From Gammaproteobacteria bacterium (GTDB taxonomy: Bacteria; Pseudomonadota; Gammaproteobacteria; UBA4575): a DNA stretch of 64,000 bases. How positions within the stretch are numbered: position 1 is the stretch's first letter; each line of letters opens with the position of its first letter. Location: assembly GCA_965221955.1 (NCBI GenBank), contig CBDCTA010000018.1:128001-192000 (forward strand), given 5' to 3'. The notes beneath the pieces are model-generated. The model had not been told where the DNA came from and made no database searches. It worked only from the letters and a program-made list of their open reading frames with translations. Of this stretch, positions 60,581-64,000 are shown piece by piece. Made by a program: the position numbers and the translations under genes.

Positions 60581-62272
60581 TCAGTTATTCATGGCATCAG
60601 TAGCAATACCAAGATAATTTTCACTTGCCATTAGTGTCGTTTCAGAAAATGTAGGATGTGGATGTATGACATGAGCTAAATCTTGCGGCGTTAAACCAAG
60701 ATCAATTGCTAAGGTAAGTTCTGTTATTAAGTCTCCCGCATTTGGACCAATGATTCCAGCTCCTAGAATTTTATCGGTTTCTGGATCAACTAATATTTTA
60801 GTCAAACCGATATTTTGACCATGGCATAATAATCGTCCGTTAATATTCCAATTTACTTTTCCAGTATTGTAATCAATATTATTTGATTTAGCTTTTTCCT
60901 CAGTTAACCCTACCCATGCGATTTCAGGGTCTGTATATACAACAGCAGGAATTGAGGGTAATCGAATGCTAGGAGAGCACCCCATGATTAGTTCTGCAAC
61001 AGCCTTCCCCTCATATACAGCCTTATGAGCTAACATAGGGCCACCTATTACATCGCCGATTGCATAAATACCTGAAACAGATGTTTGAAGATTTTCATCT
61101 ACTTCAATAAATCCGCGCTCAGTGCTTGTAATATTAATTCTTTCAATATTTAATTCGGTTGTTCGCGGTTTTCTCCCTATTGCCACTAGCACCTTATCAA
61201 CCTTCTCAAAATAATCTTTATTGGCCTTTGATATAGTTACGGCAATTCCATCCTTATCAAATTCTGCACAAGATACTTTTGATTGCAAGTAAAGATTTTC
61301 ATAGCCTTCTAGTTTCTCTTTCTCAAACGCAGATACAAGGTCAGGGTCTACTCCAAATAATATAGAACTTCCCAATTCAACTAATGTTACTCGAGACCCT
61401 AAAGCTTGATAGACACTAGCCATCTCCATACCAATAACCCCGCACCCGATTACCATTAATCGGTTCGGAATTTCTTCAATTTCAAGGGCATTATCCGATG
61501 ACATTACTTTATCATGCGTGATATCAAAGTGTTTATGCTGGATAGGATAGGAGCCTGTTGCAATTATCGCATGCTTAAATGCGACTACAGTTGTTTGCGC
61601 ATCACAGTTTATGCTTATTTTATTTTTTGACTCGAAGGAGGCACATCCTGTTAAGACAATTATATTTCGTTTACTAGCTAAATGCTTAATTCCACCTGTG
61701 AGCTTTGCAACAACTGAGTTTTTCCAGTTACGCAGCTTATGAATATCTATAGCAAAACTTTTGAAGCTAATTCCTAGCTGCGCACTATCTTCTACTTCTT
61801 GAATAACATTGGCAGCATGAAGCAAAGCTTTGGAGGGAATACACCCAACATTCAAACAAGTTCCCCCTAAGCTTGAATCTTTATTAACTAGTAAAACTTT
61901 TGCCCCAAGGTCCGCACAGCGAAATGCAGCTGTATATCCCCCGGGTCCAGCGCCTATAACAACAACATCAACATCATACGAATCTGTATTATCTGATGTA
62001 TTTACAGTTTCATTATCATTTTTTTCAGAAGAAGTAGTTTCTAGCTTTATTAACAAATGGGTTGATGTAATTACACTACCAACAATTACATTAACCAAGT
62101 TTACTACTCCTGGGTGTTCTGCTGAAATTTCCAGCGTTGTTTTTTCTCCCTCAACTACAACTAATAGATCACCTTGATTAACTACATCGCCTTTAGACAC
62201 ATGCACTTCGGTCACATCATATTCTGATGTGTCAAGTTCATCTGACACACAAACATCTATTATATTTGACAT
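60581..62272 (-). CDS. lpdA: Dihydrolipoamide dehydrogenase with N-terminal lipoyl domain
   Basis: Lipoyl domain (VEGEKTTLEI), GAGPGGY, GGTCLNVGCIPSK, AIGDV, LAHKA and HPHPTFSE. Confidence 0.9.
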   Translation of the reverse strand: MSNIIDVCVSDELDTSEYDVTEVHVSKGDVVNQGDLLVVVEGEKTTLEISAEHPGVVNLVNVIVGSVITSTHLLIKLETTSSEKNDNETVNTSDNTDSYDVDVVVIGAGPGGYTAAFRCADLGAKVLLVNKDSSLGGTCLNVGCIPSKALLHAANVIQEVEDSAQLGISFKSFAIDIHKLRNWKNSVVAKLTGGIKHLASKRNIIVLTGCASFESKNKISINCDAQTTVVAFKHAIIATGSYPIQHKHFDITHDKVMSSDNALEIEEIPNRLMVIGCGVIGMEMASVYQALGSRVTLVELGSSILFGVDPDLVSAFEKEKLEGYENLYLQSKVSCAEFDKDGIAVTISKANKDYFEKVDKVLVAIGRKPRTTELNIERINITSTERGFIEVDENLQTSVSGIYAIGDVIGGPMLAHKAVYEGKAVAELIMGCSPSIRLPSIPAVVYTDPEIAWVGLTEEKAKSNNIDYNTGKVNWNINGRLLCHGQNIGLTKILVDPETDKILGAGIIGPNAGDLITELTLAIDLGLTPQDLAHVIHPHPTFSETTLMASENYLGIATDAMNN

Positions 62273-62287
62273 TTATCTACACACAGA

Positions 62288-62324
62288 AAAGTCTCTCAAG
62301 ACCGCAGCAAACTTGAGAGACTTT
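62288..62324 (-). terminator. Hairpin/terminator between osmC-like gene and lpdA
   Basis: AAAGTCTCTCAAG-(11 nt loop)-CTTGAGAGACTTT, 13-bp stem. Confidence 0.65.
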
Positions 62325-62388
62325 ATTTAGGAGGAGTATCTACTATGAATCTGCGGATATGTTGCTTTAGTTAATTTAATATAACTCA

Positions 62389-62919
62389 CTATGCAGCATT
62401 TGATACAGAGCCGTTAATGCTGACTTCTTTATCTACCTCAACACTTCTAACCATCATATCCAGCACAGGACACTGTGCATCAACAGCATTTGCTAATTGC
62501 TCTAATGACTCTTGGTCGGCTGGACTTTCAATCGATGTTTTATAAGTAATTTTAGTAAAGCCTGGTGGAACTCCATCACCCATCCCTAATAATCCACGAA
62601 CATCAAGGTCACCCTGTAATTTCACGGAACATTTTGTTAACGGAATTCCCATAACCGAAGCCAGTGCTGCATACATTATTTCCTGACAAGTACCTAATGC
62701 TACTAATACCATCTCAACTGGGCTTGGCCCTAAATCACTGCCACCAAACGGTGGTGGCTCATCAATAGTTATCGTTGGAAATTTTCTGACATTTGCTGTG
62801 CAACGTACATCTTCTTCCCAATTTGTTGATACATCATATTTAAACTGACCAGATTTTGGGTTAGCAGTAACGCCTTCAATTATTTTTGTAACTGCATTTT
62901 TAATATCTTCTTGAGACAT
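62389..62919 (-). CDS. OsmC/Ohr family peroxiredoxin-like protein
   Basis: DEPPPFGGSDLGPSPVE, ALGTC and QCPVLD (two Cys), GDLDVRG; RBS AGGAG. Confidence 0.85.
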   Translation of the reverse strand: MSQEDIKNAVTKIIEGVTANPKSGQFKYDVSTNWEEDVRCTANVRKFPTITIDEPPPFGGSDLGPSPVEMVLVALGTCQEIMYAALASVMGIPLTKCSVKLQGDLDVRGLLGMGDGVPPGFTKITYKTSIESPADQESLEQLANAVDAQCPVLDMMVRSVEVDKEVSINGSVSNAA

Positions 62920-62948
62920 GTCTAACTCCTGAATTATTTATATTTTAT

Positions 62949-64000
62949 TTAAAATTTAATCGTCCATGCGATATCTGCATCAAAACCTGACTCGTATCCT
63001 ATTCGTGTCCCTTCTCCTACCTGACTAAATAAGTCACCACTTCCGTCATCTTTTTCAGTGTGACCTAATTTGTACACGATACTTGCAGCGATTGAGTTTC
63101 TTTTAGTTTTACCGAATGCATATTCACCACCAGCAGCAATACTAGTTTGATATACAGTTGGAGCTAATGAGTTTGCAAAGACAACATCAGATCGAACGGG
63201 TGATCTTCCATAATTGACACCCGCTCGCAAAGTAATGTTTGGTGTGTATTTATATTGTGTGCCTAAACCTACGGTGTGTTGATCAACGTAACCAAAGCCG
63301 CCTTCAGTGGGCTCTTTTTCAAAAAGTCTAATTTCTTCCCACCCAATCCATTTGTAATCAAGTGTAAGATCCCATTTTGGTGTGACATGCCATGCAAGCC
63401 CTACTCGAAATTCAGGCGGTAATTCAAAATCTGGAATAACATCTTTATATGGACCAAATTCTTCAAAGCGTGTTTTTGCTTGATAGGCGACACCAACAGA
63501 CCATTGATCATTAAAGTCATAGATCAAGCCTACATGTGGTGCATATCCATATGAAATTTCAAGATCACCACTGCCTTCTGTTTGAGGAAAAGCAGCAGGA
63601 GTTGCACTTGGTGTGGGAACCGCAAAATCTCCAGAAAAGAAGGCCGCACTTATTTGCAATGAAGCGCCTAGGGTAAGGTTTTCGTACAAATCATAAGATA
63701 CGGCCGGAACGGCTTTGAGTACAAACAAGAAGGATTCAGTATCATAATCTTGATCGCCTTCAAGTAACGCAGGATTCAATCTTGGTGTTTCGTACTGGGC
63801 ACCTTCACCTGCGACACCTGCAATGGTGGCTCCAAATGCCCACTTAGAATCCTCAGCTTTATATGACACTCCAGAGAAAGGAGTTATATAAACAGTTTGA
63901 CCACTTTTTTCTTTACCAGAGTTAGGATTAGCGACACCTGCTCCTACTGTATTTCGCAAGTCTCTAAAGCGTTCTGCTTTTAACCAATGTGCACCTATGT
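62949..64000 (-). CDS. FadL/OmpP1/TodX-family outer-membrane transporter (5' end outside window)
   Basis: Frame is open to the window edge; amphipathic beta strands, LPPEFRVG, DYKWIGW and LRAGVNYG; C-terminal F. Confidence 0.75.
   Translation of the reverse strand, partial: IGAHWLKAERFRDLRNTVGAGVANPNSGKEKSGQTVYITPFSGVSYKAEDSKWAFGATIAGVAGEGAQYETPRLNPALLEGDQDYDTESFLFVLKAVPAVSYDLYENLTLGASLQISAAFFSGDFAVPTPSATPAAFPQTEGSGDLEISYGYAPHVGLIYDFNDQWSVGVAYQAKTRFEEFGPYKDVIPDFELPPEFRVGLAWHVTPKWDLTLDYKWIGWEEIRLFEKEPTEGGFGYVDQHTVGLGTQYKYTPNITLRAGVNYGRSPVRSDVVFANSLAPTVYQTSIAAGGEYAFGKTKRNSIAASIVYKLGHTEKDDGSGDLFSQVGEGTRIGYESGFDADIAWTIKF

Noticed and set aside
62328-62374. AGGAGGAG followed by a tiny plus-strand ORF (MNLRICCFS)
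   Set aside because: It is a 9-codon antisense ORF in an intergenic 3' UTR, better explained as a CU-rich tract on the coding strand.
1-64000. CRISPR arrays, tRNA/rRNA, prophage, IS elements and defence systems
   Set aside because: I recognised no regularly spaced repeats, cloverleaf motifs, or transposase, integrase, phage or defence protein signatures by eye. mazG here is the housekeeping two-domain form beside nadC.

Overview
AT-rich gammaproteobacterial chromosome segment with no rRNA, tRNA, CRISPR array, integrase or transposase that I could recognise. The housekeeping backbone includes trpS, yciO/yciI, a PpiC-type PPIase, folE, mlaA, argG, rnt, grxD, argD-argF, egtD, nadC, mazG and pckG. 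It is interrupted by a ~15 kb island (11.9-26.8 kb) with a Wzx flippase, one GT4 glycosyltransferase and a dense set of amide/acyl-forming enzymes: four GNAT/FemAB-like proteins, two CapK-like adenylating enzymes, AsnB, an ATP-grasp protein, a divergent MurF-like ligase and a ketopantoate-reductase-like enzyme. Other notable loci are a c-di-GMP neighbourhood (RHH, PAS-GGDEF-EAL, GGDEF, and a c-di-GMP-I riboswitch before a secreted protein), a RegB/RegA-type pair with a near-perfect RegA box facing a His/Met-rich outer-membrane protein, and a double DUF1538 transporter with a multi-P-II-like partner. At the right edge is a FadL-OsmC-(lipoyl)E3 cluster that may be a self-contained lipoyl-dependent peroxide/redox module. 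Sequence-level anomalies are a foreign inverted ~200 bp gene fragment inside a YSC84/SYLF gene, five +1 frameshifts clustered at 49-54 kb (probably sequencing errors), a degraded dgkA, and a nested hairpin in the egtD leader. All family calls come from motif recognition by eye, not database searches.
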